Origin: Eledone cirrhosa
Taxonomy: Eukaryota
Assembly: GCA_964016885.1 (NCBI GenBank)
Contig: OZ024748.1
Span: forward strand, 29,388,001-29,452,000
Length of the DNA: 64,000 nt
Direction: 5' to 3'
A program made the translations under genes and the position numbers. Positions 13,467-26,309 of the stretch are shown piece by piece. The notes under the pieces were generated by a model, which had not been told where the DNA came from, ran no database searches, and saw nothing but the letters and a program-made list of their open reading frames with translations. Every line of letters begins with the position of its first letter. Within the stretch, counting starts at the first letter, position 1.

Positions 13467-14265
13467 TGTTGTTTGTTTTATCACATGCACATCATACCAG
13501 CAGGAAGATCTATTTCACTGTCCTCTGAGTCATGAAGGTGTGTTCATATGTTTGAAGAAGCCTTGAAGCATGACAAGCTGGCTGCTGAACGAAGTAAGGG
13601 GACTGCCACAAAGAAATCAGACAAGTGCGCAAGAGAATCAAGCACACATAGATGTGAGCACAGGAAAATGTATCAGTACTCAGTGCGGGCGGGTGCACAC
13701 ATCTGAAAGTGCAGGGTGGATGGTTAGGTGTGTGCAGTGGTATATAAATACGGATGTTGTAAATGTGAGTATTGTGTGGTGGGTGGAGTTGTGTGTATGA
13801 ATATATGTCCGTGTGTTTGTGTGTAAGGATAAAAGTAAAGGTGGGTTAAAGGAACTGTGGGGAGGAATTGAGTCCAAACAGAAAAGAAGTTCCAAGGTGG
13901 AAAATTAAATATATATATACATATAAATTTACAAATATAATTACATATCATTATCATCACCGTTTAATATCCATTTCTCCATGCTGGCATGGGTTAGACG
14001 AGTTATCCTGTTATAAACAATGCCAGGTCAGGTGACCATGCTTTGCTCATACAGAACCGATTTTGGCTTGGTTTCTACAGCTGGATGCCCTCATTTACGA
14101 GTACTAGGTTTTTTTTTTTTTTATGCCTACATGACCACTTTACAGTGTGGACTGGGTGCTTTTTGCCCTGACACTTACACGACCACTTTACAGTGTGGAC
14201 TGGAGGCTTCGCTGGATGTATACTTCAGTTTGTCCCCATGGAAGATGAATGGGAGTGAGGTGGTG

Positions 14266-14304
<39 letters not shown>

Positions 14305-14636
14305 TGTAAATGCTGTTGGTGTTAGGAAGGGCAGCTGTAAAAACCCTGGCCAATCCTGGCCAGACTCGTCTCTCGACATAGATGACTCGCCTGACCTATG
14401 CAAGCATGGAAAAATGGACGTTAAACAGTGCTGATGATATATATATATTCCTTGTGGACAAAAAAATGATTCTACAAATCATTCTGGGTGGGGTAGGGAT
14501 TATGTTAGCTATAAACTGACTGAATGACAGAATCATTAAAATTAGACTACAACAAAATAGAACTGTGTCAATTATATCTGCTTATGCACCGCAATCTGGT
14601 CAGTCGGACGTACTAAACGATAGGTTCTCCAAGTCC

Positions 14637-15840
14637 CTAAATGCAATGGCTTTGTTCAGTGTGAAGGAAAGGAGTAGAGAGAAATTCCATCTTATACTCC
14701 AAATGCAAGCTATGGGTACACAAGAGATGTAGTGGGATCACAGACAGGCTATCAAAGAATGTAGGTTTTATATGTGGCTGAGGCACAAGTGCAGTAAGTA
14801 GCTCGAGCCCACAAGATACTAACTCCTTCACATACGCAGAGGAATTCTGTAGAAATAGTCAACAGTTTTTGTTACCTGGGTGACCAAATTAGCAGTTGAG
14901 GAAGATGTTTCAAAAGTTCAGTAGCCAGAGTAAGAACAGGAACGAAAAAGTTCAGGAAACTACTACAACTGCTAGCTACAAAAGTTTTTTTTGCTCACAA
15001 AATCAAAGGCAGATTGTATGATGCATGTATATGAACAGCAATGTTGCATGGTTGTGAGTCCTGGGTGCTGTCTGCAGAGTATCCATGAAGATTGAAAAGA
15101 AATGAAGCCTGCACGCTCCAATGGATGTGAAATAGTAATATACGTGAATGGCAAAGCAAAAATAAACTGAGAGAGAAACTAGGCATAAGAGGAATCAAAT
15201 GCTGTGTGCAGGAGAGGAGATTGCAATGGTATGGACATGTGATGCGTATGAAGGATGATAGCTGTATAAAAAGGTGCAGAGCTCTCAAAGTCAATGGAAC
15301 CCAGGAAGACTTGGGATGGGGTGATATAAGGTAACCTTACCCAATTGCACCTCCCAAAGGTGATGACACAGGACCAAAATCTCTGGCATTACGCAGTAAT
15401 ACAGAAGACGCGACTTCCCACGGGCAAAGGCCGAAGCTGAAGCATATTCAGTATACACCACCTCATCCCTATACATCTCCCATGAGGACAGGCTGAAGTA
15501 TACATTCAGTGAAGCCTCCAGCCCATACTGTAAAGTGGTCGTGATGGTGACACGACAAAAAGCGCCCAGCTCACACTATAAAGTGGCCCGTGATGGTGAC
15601 ACGGCAAAAAGCGCCCAGCCCATACTGTAAGGTGGTCGGGTAGGTGTCATGACAAAAAGCACCCAGTACTCACTGTAAAATGTAGTTGGTGTTAGAAAGG
15701 GTATCCAGCTGTAGAAACCAAACCAAAATCACTTCTGTATGAGCAAGACATGGTCACCTGACCTAGCATTACCTACAACAGGACATCACGCCTAACCCAT
15801 GCTAGCATGGAAAATGGACGTAAAACAGTGATGATGATGA
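14637..15840 (+). mobile_element. RTE LINE 3' fragment with repeat-containing 3' extension
   Basis: Similar to 51480-53073; tandem ~45-bp units at 15510-15680; (GAT)n tail. Confidence 0.8.
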
Positions 15841-16003
15841 TACTGTAACATGGGAGCCAGAATGATTTTATGAAAATTTAAAAACAAAAAAAAAATTTTT
15901 TTTCCCTTTTACAACTTTACTACAAAGATTCACTATCAATCACATTCATTTAATTTTTACACAACTACCTCAGCCCTCTGATTTAGTCTGTACCTAGCTT
16001 TAA

Positions 16004-16973
16004 CCCTTTAGTGTCCAAACCGCCCGAAATCGCCCGGTAACACCCACACTAAAAAATTGTTATAAAAATAAACAAACCATCATAAAAATCTCTCGTCAAT
16101 TCGAGATTACTGCGAGATTAGGCCTTTACCGCGAAAATTAACACTTAATATAGTGAAACAACACGTGTTTTTTTAACTTTGAAAGTAGCGATACCGACTT
16201 TGAAGGTTTTACACACGACGACATTCAGAATAAACAAGAAACAAACGATAATATTAGTGATTTATCTTCAAATGAATCTGATGTTTATATTTCTGAAATT
16301 TCGTTTGACGATTATTGTTTTGAAAGTGAAAACGAAGGAGATCTCCAGGACACCATTGAAAATATTACAGTAACGTGCTTGAAAAATACCACACTAATAT
16401 ATGTTCCCGATTTTATTGAAAATACTGGTCCACAACACACATTAGATTATTTCTTTTTGTTTTTACCACAAACTTTCTTCGAAGTTGTGGCAGAAGAGAC
16501 TAATCGATATACCCAACAACAGATTTCAAATCGAGGAAAACCCGATCTGTTTGGCGACCAACAGATGCTGCTGAAATGCAAGCATTTTTTACTGTAAATA
16601 TTATGTTCGGTATAAAACAATTTCCAAGACTGTGGAATTACTGGAACACTGATATAAGGTTATGATCCTTATATATTAAGTATTATGCTGAAAACAACGT
16701 ATTCAAAATTAAACCAGTATTTGCACTTCAAATGCCCCTATTAATTAATTTCACCTGCCCATAAAAGTCAAATTTGACCAAAAAAATCAAGTAAAATTAT
16801 ATAATTGTAAATTATTGATATTTAAACATCTACTGACAAAATTTCAAGCCTGCACATAGAAAATTAAGAAAATTACAAACAAATAAAATTGATAACCCTC
16901 TTGAGTATGATTAACTCAAAATAATGCCAACAGATAAGCATGACGTTTGAAAATTAATGCGAATGCTAAAGGG
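16004..16973 (+). mobile_element. Non-autonomous piggyBac deletion derivative
   Basis: TTAA TSD on both sides, CCCTTTAG...CTAAAGGG termini, homologous to 6266-8888. Confidence 0.9.
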
Positions 16974-17320
16974 TTAATAGACATTAAATTAACATAAAAT
17001 TTTACTTCCAACATATTGCGGGAAGATGAGAACCACGAAACATTTCTAAGGCTTACTAAAATGTTATAATAGACACACAAATGTCTAAAGTGTCACCCCA
17101 ATAACTGGCTGCACCAGTTATGGGAACTTGATTAATTGATTGATACATCACTGGCAAAAGGACAGTTTGAGTAAATATCATATTTAGACCTGTTTTGTTA
17201 TATATATATATATATATATTGGGAGGAGGAAGAGAGGGGCTCAAACAACCGAAAAATGATCAACTAAATGATAACAACAAAGATTATTTTAGAAAGTTTA
17301 CTGAAACTGAAATTTCCTAC

Positions 17321-17354
17321 CTGTGGTATCCTTTAATGTATCATTAGCTTCTTC
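17321..17354 (-). CDS. SAFB: SAFB-like copy A exon 7
   Basis: EEANDTLKDTT, 34 nt, phase 0->1; homolog at 60753-60786. Confidence 0.8.
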
Positions 17355-17470
17355 CTAAAAAAGTGAACAACAATAAATGTGAAATACAATATATAGACAT
17401 AGTAGATTTAATTGTTTATTAAATATAAATGTGAACAATAAGTGAATCAATGTATTTTCTTCTCCAATAA

Positions 17471-17930
17471 TCCATATATATAAAGTTGTATTCCTGCCTG
17501 TTTGTCTTTGTTTGTTCACAAACTACTCCTATGGTCCATAACCATATATATTCTGAAACTACATTGCCCAGGGTACGTGGATAAGTATATTTTATTTTAA
17601 CCAAAGGGTTCCCCGGGGGCACAAACCCCCGCTGAACATTTTTTCCCTTCGATTTATATGAAATTTAAACCATGACAAGATATGATGCCTATTCACAAAA
17701 GTTTTGAATTGATATTTTGAAAAAAATTATTTACAAGAAACAAAATAAGAATAACATTTAATAATGTAATTTTGATTTGATATATTACAAAAAATAATGT
17801 TTTCCAATTTTTCATGCATTACATTGAAATGCAGAGTTTTTCTCCATAAATTATATCACTGATTTAAAATCAATCATTTTCTTACAAAAAAAATGTATAA
17901 AACGAAGCAAGGCGCAGGCAATTCGGCTAG
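17471..17930 (+). mobile_element. Non-autonomous Helitron-like element
   Basis: A|TCCATATATATAAA start, CTAG|T end, no TSD; absent from the paralogous intron. Confidence 0.65.
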
Positions 17931-18263
17931 TATTGTATAAGAGATATTATCAATGGATTTATAGCAGTTTAAAGGCAACTGTGAAGTAAAATTATTTGTA
18001 TATAAATTATTAATAAAACATATCTATCACTAATAATATTTGCAGTAAAAGTAATAACTTGTTTCCACTGCAAAAAAAAATGTAGCATAATGTAGCATTT
18101 ATTAATTTGTGGTTAGTAATTTTAACAGCTTATATTTACACCAAATTTACAAATGAAATACTGAAATGATAATTTTGATACAAAAACGCCTGAAACTGTA
18201 TCTCCTATGATACAAACCAATTTATGTGAAAGTGTTTGTATTTATTTAATAACATTCCATAAT

Positions 18264-21040
18264 GCCGCAAAAACTAGTGATGGGCCTACGACCTGTCCTG
18301 GGAGGCGTGGGCTGGACGCACAATGGCTGCATATCACGAGACCCCAAAGAAGATCCGGAAGGGAACAAACCTTAACAATTGGAACCTGGAATATCACAAC
18401 TCTTACAGGTATGGAGCAGGCTAGATGCTACTGGCTAAATATAGTAGGAGTTTCCTCAACAAAGTTCCATGGCCCTGTAGATTACAAACTCCACTATTCA
18501 GGTGTGGCGCCAGAAATGACTGCATAGGCAGGAGTGGGGATACTCACAAGCTCCTGGCTGTCAGAATATGTTATGGACTGGATCCCATTAGGAAGTAGGA
18601 TCTACCTCTTGAAGCTTAGGCTGAAAAGCAGGTCTCTCTGGGTGATGCAAGTTTATGTACCAAACAAGGAGTCTGAATACGGGTCCTTCCTTGATGAAGT
18701 CACTGCAGCATTAGATGTAGTTAAGACTAAGTCATATATCCTGATTGGAAACTTCAATGCACATGTTGCCACTGACAACCTGACATAGAAAGGAGTGATT
18801 GGAAGGAATGATGACCCCAATCTAAATACAAATTAAGAGACTGTACTTGACTTCTGTTCTAGCAATGGACTCAATTATGAACACCTTCTTCCAACAGAGA
18901 CATCCATAAATATAAGATGGCAGAAGGGGAATCAGGGACAGAGATCAATAATTGATTTTGTTATTGTCTCTGATCTCTTTCATTCTGTGCTGGATGTGCA
19001 TGTTAAGATAGGGGCTGAGTTGTCAACTAATCACCATCTAATTATCTGCAACTGGAGACTAACTAAAGCCAAAGAAGCCCACAAAACTGGCAGGTTCAGA
19101 GCGACCTACAGGATAAAGTAGGAAGCATTGGTGGATAAGGAAGTCAGGACCAGGTATGCAGATACTATTGCATCCAAATTCAGAGAATTCCCGAAGCAAA
19201 CTGAGGACATTGAGACAGAGTGGAGATTGTTCAACACAGAAGTTAAATGTTGTGAGCAAAAGAGACTTGGTGTGGCGCCGGATGGCAGGAAGACCCCTTG
19301 GTTCAATCAAGAGTCAAAGATGCCAAGAAGGAGACTTACAAAGCTTGGCTTGAAAATAAGTCCTCCTTCTTGCACTTGCGGTACAAGCAGGCATGAAGAA
19401 TCGCAGTAGAGATAGTAAAGGCGTCCAAAGTTAAGACATGGGAGGACTTTGGGGTTAAGCTGGAATCTGACTTCAGATCAATAAATAAAGTGTTATGGCA
19501 GACCATTCACTGACTTCGTAATAAGAAGTCCTCCTCCATACCTGCTATCAAGAACATGTCTGGGGCTTCCCCTCTCTTGAGAGAATACTTTGCTGATCTC
19601 CTAAACTTGATCATAACAGCATCTTCGGATGTACACGACATTCGTCTGTGAGTGGTGACTAATCACTCAGAGGCTGAGGTCACAAGAGCAGTTAAAGAGC
19701 TCAAATGTGGCAAGACTGCTTGGGAAGATGAAATCTGGCCCAAGATATTAAAAGCCTTAAATAGAGAAGGTATTCTCTGGCTGACTCATGTGTCCCATGT
19801 GGCCTGAATCTCTGGAAAGGCATCTAAGCAATAGCAATCGGGAGTGATAATCCCAATTTTCAAAAAGGAGGATAAGAGAGATTGTTTCAATTACAGAAAG
19901 ATCTCTTTGTAAAGCCTCCTTGGTAAAGTCTATGCTAAGTGTCTGACAAAGATATGCAGGGAGATTGTTGAATCGAAGCTAGTTAATGAATAGTCTGGTT
20001 TTCACCCCGGAGGCAGCACAACCAACCAAATATCCACAGAGGCAGGTATTCAAGAAATTGTGGGAGTAGTATTGCAAAGATGTATATTCTTTTTTTGTCA
20101 ATCTTGAAAAGGTTGTGCAGGAGTATGGGATCGATGGCCAGCTTCTTGCTGCGCCAATGTCTCTATATGAATGCCTGAGTATTCATGTTCGGATAAATGG
20201 TGCTAAATCAAAACCATTCAATGTGGGAGTTGGACTCCACCAAGAGTGCATACTGTCACCTCTCCTGTTCATTATTTACATGAATAGGATTGACATGCAC
20301 AGCCAGGTTGGAAGTGGTACTATGACTGGCAGAGGTAAAATCAGTCGGCTGGGATTTGCAGCTATCATGACTGGAATGAAAATCTCAAGGAAGCCTGCAC
20401 AGTGAACTCTACATGTGAATGGAGTTTCACTGAAGCAGGTAGAGAAATTCAAGTATCTCGGGGCCCATGTTCACCACTGATGGAAGGCAGGAGGCTGAAT
20501 TAATTGCAAGAACTGCAAAAGCTGGTGAAATAATGCACCAGCTTCAGCATTCAGTAATTAGAAGAAGGGAGACAGGTGTAAAAGCCACACTCACTATCTT
20601 TAATTTGGTATTTGTGTCAACCATTACCTATGTTAATGAAACTTGGGTAATGGCCGAAAGAATACGATCATAAATACAAGCGGCTGAGATGGGATTCCCC
20701 TGAAGGGTCTTTTGAGTAACATTACTTGATAGAGTGAGTAGCTCAGAGATCAGAGTCACTCCAGGTAGAGCTGCTACTTCTTGGAAATGAGAAATCACAG
20801 CTCTGATACTATGGGCATTAGTTAGAATGTCTCAGGAAAGAATCACCGGACAGATTTTACAGGCAAAACCAACCAGCAGGAGACCCAGGGGTTGACCCCA
20901 ATCAGGATGGTTGGATAACATCATGAGCTTGGCTGCTCTCGCTTGGGATGCAGCCGGATCAGCTGCTTCTGACAGGACCCACTGGAAGGAGTGTTTGAGG
21001 ACTCTGCTCTCACAACCCTCTCAAGAACAAGAAGACAAAG
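18264..21040 (+). mobile_element. Near full-length degenerate RTE LINE (APE endonuclease + RT)
   Basis: LTIGTWNITTL and GLHQECILSPLLF; 13-bp TSD aacattccataat; empty site at ~61045 in copy B. Confidence 0.92.
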
Positions 21041-21182
21041 AACATTCCATAATAATTTTATGTAAGAAAATTAGTTATGTTCTGAACACCAGCTTAATAA
21101 TAAGAAAGTCAGTTCTCTTACTAAATATCTCCAAATTCATTATTTTCAAAATGATTTAAAAAATTAAAACAAGTAGATTTAC

Positions 21183-21386
21183 CTGCAAAACAGTATTAGT
21201 TTCTTTGTTTGTATCTAAAGATGTGACAGGTAGCTCTTCCACAAGCTGGTCTTTATCAAAGGTGTCATTTACCAACATATCTGATGGTTTTGTATCACTT
21301 GAAAGTATCTGATTGTCAGTAATATCAGGATTGGTGGTGTTTAGAAAAACATCAGCCAATGCCACATCAGATGTCTCTGTTTCTTT
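21183..21386 (-). CDS. SAFB: SAFB-like copy A exon 6
   Basis: KETETSDVALADVFLNTTNPD...NTVLQ with AG/GT sites; homolog at 61249-61440. Confidence 0.85.
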
Positions 21387-21701
21387 CTGAAAATTCAAAC
21401 AAAATATGATGAGAAAGGAATATCTTATTGTTATCTCTTATCACTGAACTCTTCTACTCTTGTCCTTTAAATCTTTTATGAAAATATTTCTAACAATAAA
21501 CTGCCTTTGTGTTTAAATTACAGAAATAATTAGGAAATATGAGAGGGTTAGTAAAATAATTAATTTTTAATTTCATAATAAAAGACAAATATTTAGCTAC
21601 TGAAATCTAATATTATCTAGCATGTAATAATCAGATTTCAGTCCAAAGTTTTAATTAATATTTGAACACTTTAATAGAATAACAGATTGTATGATGTTTA
21701 A

Positions 21702-23520
21702 CCCTTTAGGGTTCAAAAGCGGCTGCAATCATTTCCCCTTTATTTGTTCAATCCGGCCAACAACACCCACACTAAAATATCATTCTAAAAATAAATACTG
21801 TCATCAAAATCTTGTCAATTTGAGATTACTGCAAGATAAGACCCTTACCGCAAAAAATTTTTAACGTTGAAAGTACAGCAAATTTTTTTGTGTGTCAACA
21901 TGGCTTGTGAAAGTAGCGATACCGACTTTGAAGGTTTTACACTCGATGACGTTCAAATTGAATAAGAAACAAAAGTGATTTATCTTCAAATGAATCAGAC
22001 GTGTATATTTCTGAAATTTCACCCAACGCTGATTGTTGTTTTGAAAGTGAAAGTGAAGATCTCCAGGATGCCATTGAGAATATTACAGCAACATTTTATT
22101 CAAAATACTGGTCCACAACACACATTACCTGGATTATTTCTTTTTGTTTTTGCCACAAACTTTCTTCGAAGTTGTGGCAGAAGAGACTAATCGATATGCT
22201 CAACAACAAATTTCAAATTGAGACCCCAATCTGTTATGGCCACCGACAGATGCTGTGGAAATGCAAGCATTTTTTAACATAAATATTATGTTTGTTATCA
22301 AACTATTTCCAAGACAGTGGAATTACTGGAGCACTGATATAAGGTTTAGTGACCTTTATATATCAAGTATTATGCTGAAAACAGTATTTGCACTTGGTTG
22401 ATACTTCAAATTCCCCCGGTATAAATGAATTCAATTATGACCCTCTGTATAAAGTTTGACCATTATTTAAAATGCTATCTGGAAAATTTCAAATTGTTTA
22501 TTTACCTTGAAAAAATTTAGTGTTGATGAAGCTATGATTGGGTGTAAGGGTAAGGTTTATTTCAGACAATATATGCCAGCTAAACCCACCAAATGGGGCA
22601 TCAAGGTGTGGGAACTCTTTGAATCGGACACAGGCTACTGTGCAAACTTTGATGTTCACACAGGAAAGAAACACAACAGAGAGAAAGAATGGATTGGGAT
22701 ACGATGTTGTGTGGTCTCTGACTGAACCCTTCCACTCTCAACACAAACATATATTTTGACCGTTTTTTTTCTTCAGTGGTTCTAGCAGAGGATCTTGCCC
22801 TCGTAAATATGTACACCTGCGGTACAATAATGGGGAATCGCAAAGGGCTACCCCAAGAAATAAAATTTATGAAATTTAAAGTGCAAAAAGGGAACATGTT
22901 AGCCACATGTACAAAGACAAACGGCAAATTTTGTTCCTATCTTCTAATCAACAACCAGGTGTTGGGGCTGAAGGTAAACCTTTATCAACCTCTCCTACAA
23001 TAAATATATGGGTGGGGTTGACAAATCAGACCAGTATTCATTTCATTTTACGTCCGTTTTTTCCCTGCTTGCAAGGGTGGGACAGGAACTGATTCTGGCT
23101 TGATTTCTACAGCTGGATGCCCTTCCTTACACCAACCTCATTTACAGTGAGTGCTGGGTGCTTTTTTGCCGTGGCACCTCCACGACCACTATACAGTGGA
23201 ATAATATGGACCCCAGTCCCTATCATCTCATTTCTACAGCTGAGTAAACTGGAGCAATGTGAAATAAAGTGTCTTGCTCAAGGAAACAACACATCACCCG
23301 GTCTGAGAATTGAACTCACAACCTTTCGATTGCAAGGCCAATGCTCTAACCACTAAGCCAAGTGCCTCTATGTGGCTTAGTGGTTAGAGCACTGGCTTTG
23401 CAATCGAAAGATTGTGAGTTCAATTCTCAGACCGGGTGATGTATTGTGATATTACCCAGTTGGACGTCCTGGAAAGGATCCGCTACCACCAAAGGACTAC
23501 TGCAACATGAAATTTCGTGT
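21702..23520 (+). mobile_element. Degenerate piggyBac-like copy
   Basis: TTAA|CCCTTTAG; SVDEAMI..RQYMPAKPTKWGIK; right end truncated. Confidence 0.85.
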
Positions 23521-23816
23521 GGACATCCTGTTCTCACTCTCATATACTTTTGGAACATCCACCTCCACTGCTAATTTAGTCACCCAGGTAACAGAAACTA
23601 CAGAATGTATAATGTTTAAAGGTTTAACTGTAGCTTTAGCACTCCACTGATCTTCAAGACTTATGTTATTTCTCCTGTATCATCCTGGTATTACTATAAT
23701 ACCCATGGTTACCCCTCATTAGACACTTGTCTAAGGTACCACATTGTTGCAAAGTGAATTCCTTAAACCTTTGGTCACTACATTTATAATGAAATAAACT
23801 CTATTTCAATTAATTA

Positions 23817-23999
23817 ATTGTTTCTACTTTAGGCACAAGGCCAGCAATTACCCAGTGCATTACTGGTACTTTATTTTATCGACCCCCGTAAGGATGAAAG
23901 GCAAAGTCAACCTCGGTGGGATTTGAACTCAGATCGTAAAGGGACGTAACTATGCTGGAAAGCATGGCGTCCGACCCTCTACCGATACTGCCAATCCAC
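23817..23999 (-). mobile_element. Meta-like SINE copy
   Basis: Near-identical to 6560-6741; flanked by attaattaat repeats. Confidence 0.75.
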
Positions 24000-24118
24000 A
24001 TTAATTAATGAAGAATTTTGAGGGATTTACTAAGTAACTTAACGTATGGTTCTTATATAACATTATGTTAGAAGATATTAATCTAATTAGGAACCCTTTA
24101 AAATGGGTGGTTTTGTTC

Positions 24119-24400
24119 CATAGAACCAGAACCAGTCTTAGCTGGATTGGAATCACAGAACCAGAGTCAGTCTTGCTTGGGTTGGTATAGTAGAACCAGA
24201 GCCAGAGTTGGTTGGTTTAGTATCATAAAAGCAGAGTCAGTCTTAGCTGGGTTGGTATCATAAAACCAGAGCCAGTCATAGTTGAGTTGGTATCATAAAA
24301 CCAGAGTCACCTTGGTTGGGTTGGTATCATAAAACTAGAGCCAGTCATAGTTGGGTTGGAATCATAGAACCAGAGTCAGTCATGGTTGGGTTGATATCAA
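24119..24400. repeat. ~35-bp minisatellite, ~8 units
   Basis: catagaaccagagccagtcatagttgggttggtat-like units. Confidence 0.85.
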
Positions 24401-24493
24401 AAGGATTATTCATACAGCCATGCCTGCATCTATTGTATGTGTCTATAGAGGAAGACATAAATTTATAAAAATATATTGATAAAGTTCACCAAC

Positions 24494-24525
24494 CTCATCC
24501 ATATTGTCTGTAGTAAGTTCATTTT
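24494..24525 (-). CDS. SAFB: SAFB-like copy A exon 5
   Basis: ttccag|...|gttggt; (Q)NELTTDNMDE; homolog at 62012-62049. Confidence 0.75.
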
Positions 24526-24693
24526 CTGGAAATTAGAATAATACAATATTAGTTCAGGACATACACCACCATATAACATATTATTGAATCACACACATCT
24601 AAATAGAGTTACACAGGAAAAAACACATTTACATATATACACATAAAATCTATATCTATCTCATCACTTTATTTATATAATTGTGATACTTAC

Positions 24694-24748
24694 GAAGATC
24701 ATCTTCCACAGGTTGACTTTCCTCCATAAGTTTCTCTTCACAGAGTGC
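24694..24748 (-). CDS. SAFB: SAFB-like copy A exon 4
   Basis: ttttag|...|gtaagt; ALCEEKLMEESQPVEDDL; phase 0->1. Confidence 0.7.
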
Positions 24749-24834
24749 CTAAAAATGTTAATATTTCAAGTAAGTTCACACAAAAGTTTCCATACATACA
24801 ACGTTCTGTATGTATATCTGGTTAAATGACAATC

Positions 24835-24960
24835 AAAATTGACACACTAATTGTCAACCAAGATTGACACACTAATTGTCAACCAAAATCAGCACAATAA
24901 TCGCCAACTGAAATTGACACAACTGTGTACCAAAATTAACACAATTGTCTACCCAAAACT
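24835..24960. repeat. ~24-bp tandem repeat
   Basis: aattgacacactaattgtcaacc units, degenerating. Confidence 0.7.
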
Positions 24961-24991
24961 GACTACTAAATAAAATTTGCTTAAAACTAAA

Positions 24992-25895
24992 TCATCATTA
25001 TTATCACCGTTTTACGTCCGTTCTTCCACGCTAGCATGGGTTAGACGGGTTGTCCTGTTGTGGGCAGTGTCTGGTCGGCTGACCATGCCTTGCTCATACA
25101 GGAACTGATTTGGCTTGATTTCTACAGCTGGATGCCCTTCCTAACACCAACCTCATTTACAGTGAGTGCTGGGTGCTTTTTCGTGGCGCCTACACATCCA
25201 CTTTACAGTGTGGGCTGGGTGCTTTTTTGCCGTGGCACCTCCACGACCACCTTGCAGTGGGGGGGGGGGGGGGCATATTGTCTATATGCTTCAGCTTGTA
25301 CCCATGGGAGGTCGGGTACTCTGTATTACTGCGTGACGCCAGAGGTCATGGTTGTGTGTCATCGCCTTTGAGAGGTGAAATTGGGTAAGGTCGGCTTTTA
25401 TCACCTCATCCCAGGTCATCTTGGGTCTCCCCACTCCGCGGTTTCCATCGACTTCTCGTGCTCTGCACCTTTTTATGCAGCTGTCATCCTTCATACGCAT
25501 CACATGTCCATACCAACGCAACCGCCTCTCTTGCACACAGCATTTGATTCCTCTTATGCTCAGTCTCTCTCTCAATTCCTTTATGCTTTGTCGTTCGCGT
25601 ATATTACTATTACACATCCATCGGAGCATGCAGGCTTCGTTTCTCTCTAATCTACGTAAGTCTTCCACCTTCAGCGCCCAGGTCTCACTACCATGCAACA
25701 TCGCTGTTCGGATACACGCATCATACAGTCTACCTTTCATTTTGAGGGAGAAGCCTTTTGCAGCTAGCAGTGGTAGTAGTTCCCTAAACTTCTTCCATCC
25801 CGTTCTTACCCTAGTTATTGTACTTTCTGAACACCCACCTCTGCTGCTAATTCGGTCACCTAGGTAGCAGAAGCTGTCTACTGTTTCTACAGAGC
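24992..25895 (-). mobile_element. RTE LINE 3' fragment
   Basis: KGRLYDACIRTAMLHGSETW...RRLRWYGHVMR...GRPKMTW. Confidence 0.88.
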
Positions 25896-26283
25896 CCTCC
25901 CAGAGATTGGTGGTAAATATATTTCAGAAAAAATTATAAAGTTATATTTCATAGATTCATAAAAATATTTTGAGTGGTACAACAGTGGAGATAATTAGGA
26001 GAAGGAAATCTGTTTGTAATTTAATGTGGTTTTGGTTCCAGTCTAACTGTGTGATACCTTGGGCAGGTGTCTTTTACCAGAGCTTCAGGTTGACCAATGT
26101 TTTATGAGTGAAATTTGGCAGAAGCCTAACATATATATGTTACATAACCAAGCAGATAAACAAAACGCTATAGATATAATGAATACCGGACTTGAAAAAA
26201 TAAGTACTGAAATTGATATGACCAACTTTTGTTACCTTCAGTCTAATGATTGAAACAAGTAAAAGAATACAAAAGAAACTCAC

Positions 26284-26309
26284 CTCAATTTTGGCCAAAG
26301 CAGCAAGAT
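26284..26309 (-). CDS. SAFB: SAFB-like copy A exon 3 (26-nt microexon)
   Basis: tttttcag|...|gtgagt; (H)LAALAKIE; phase 1->0 bridges exons 2 and 4. Confidence 0.65.

Noticed and set aside
23300-23440. tRNA genes
   Set aside because: These are tRNA-derived SINE heads attached to SINE bodies
25375-25867. Plus-strand ORFs here and at 45073, 49259 and 11180
   Set aside because: Antisense shadows of LINE or mariner coding sequence
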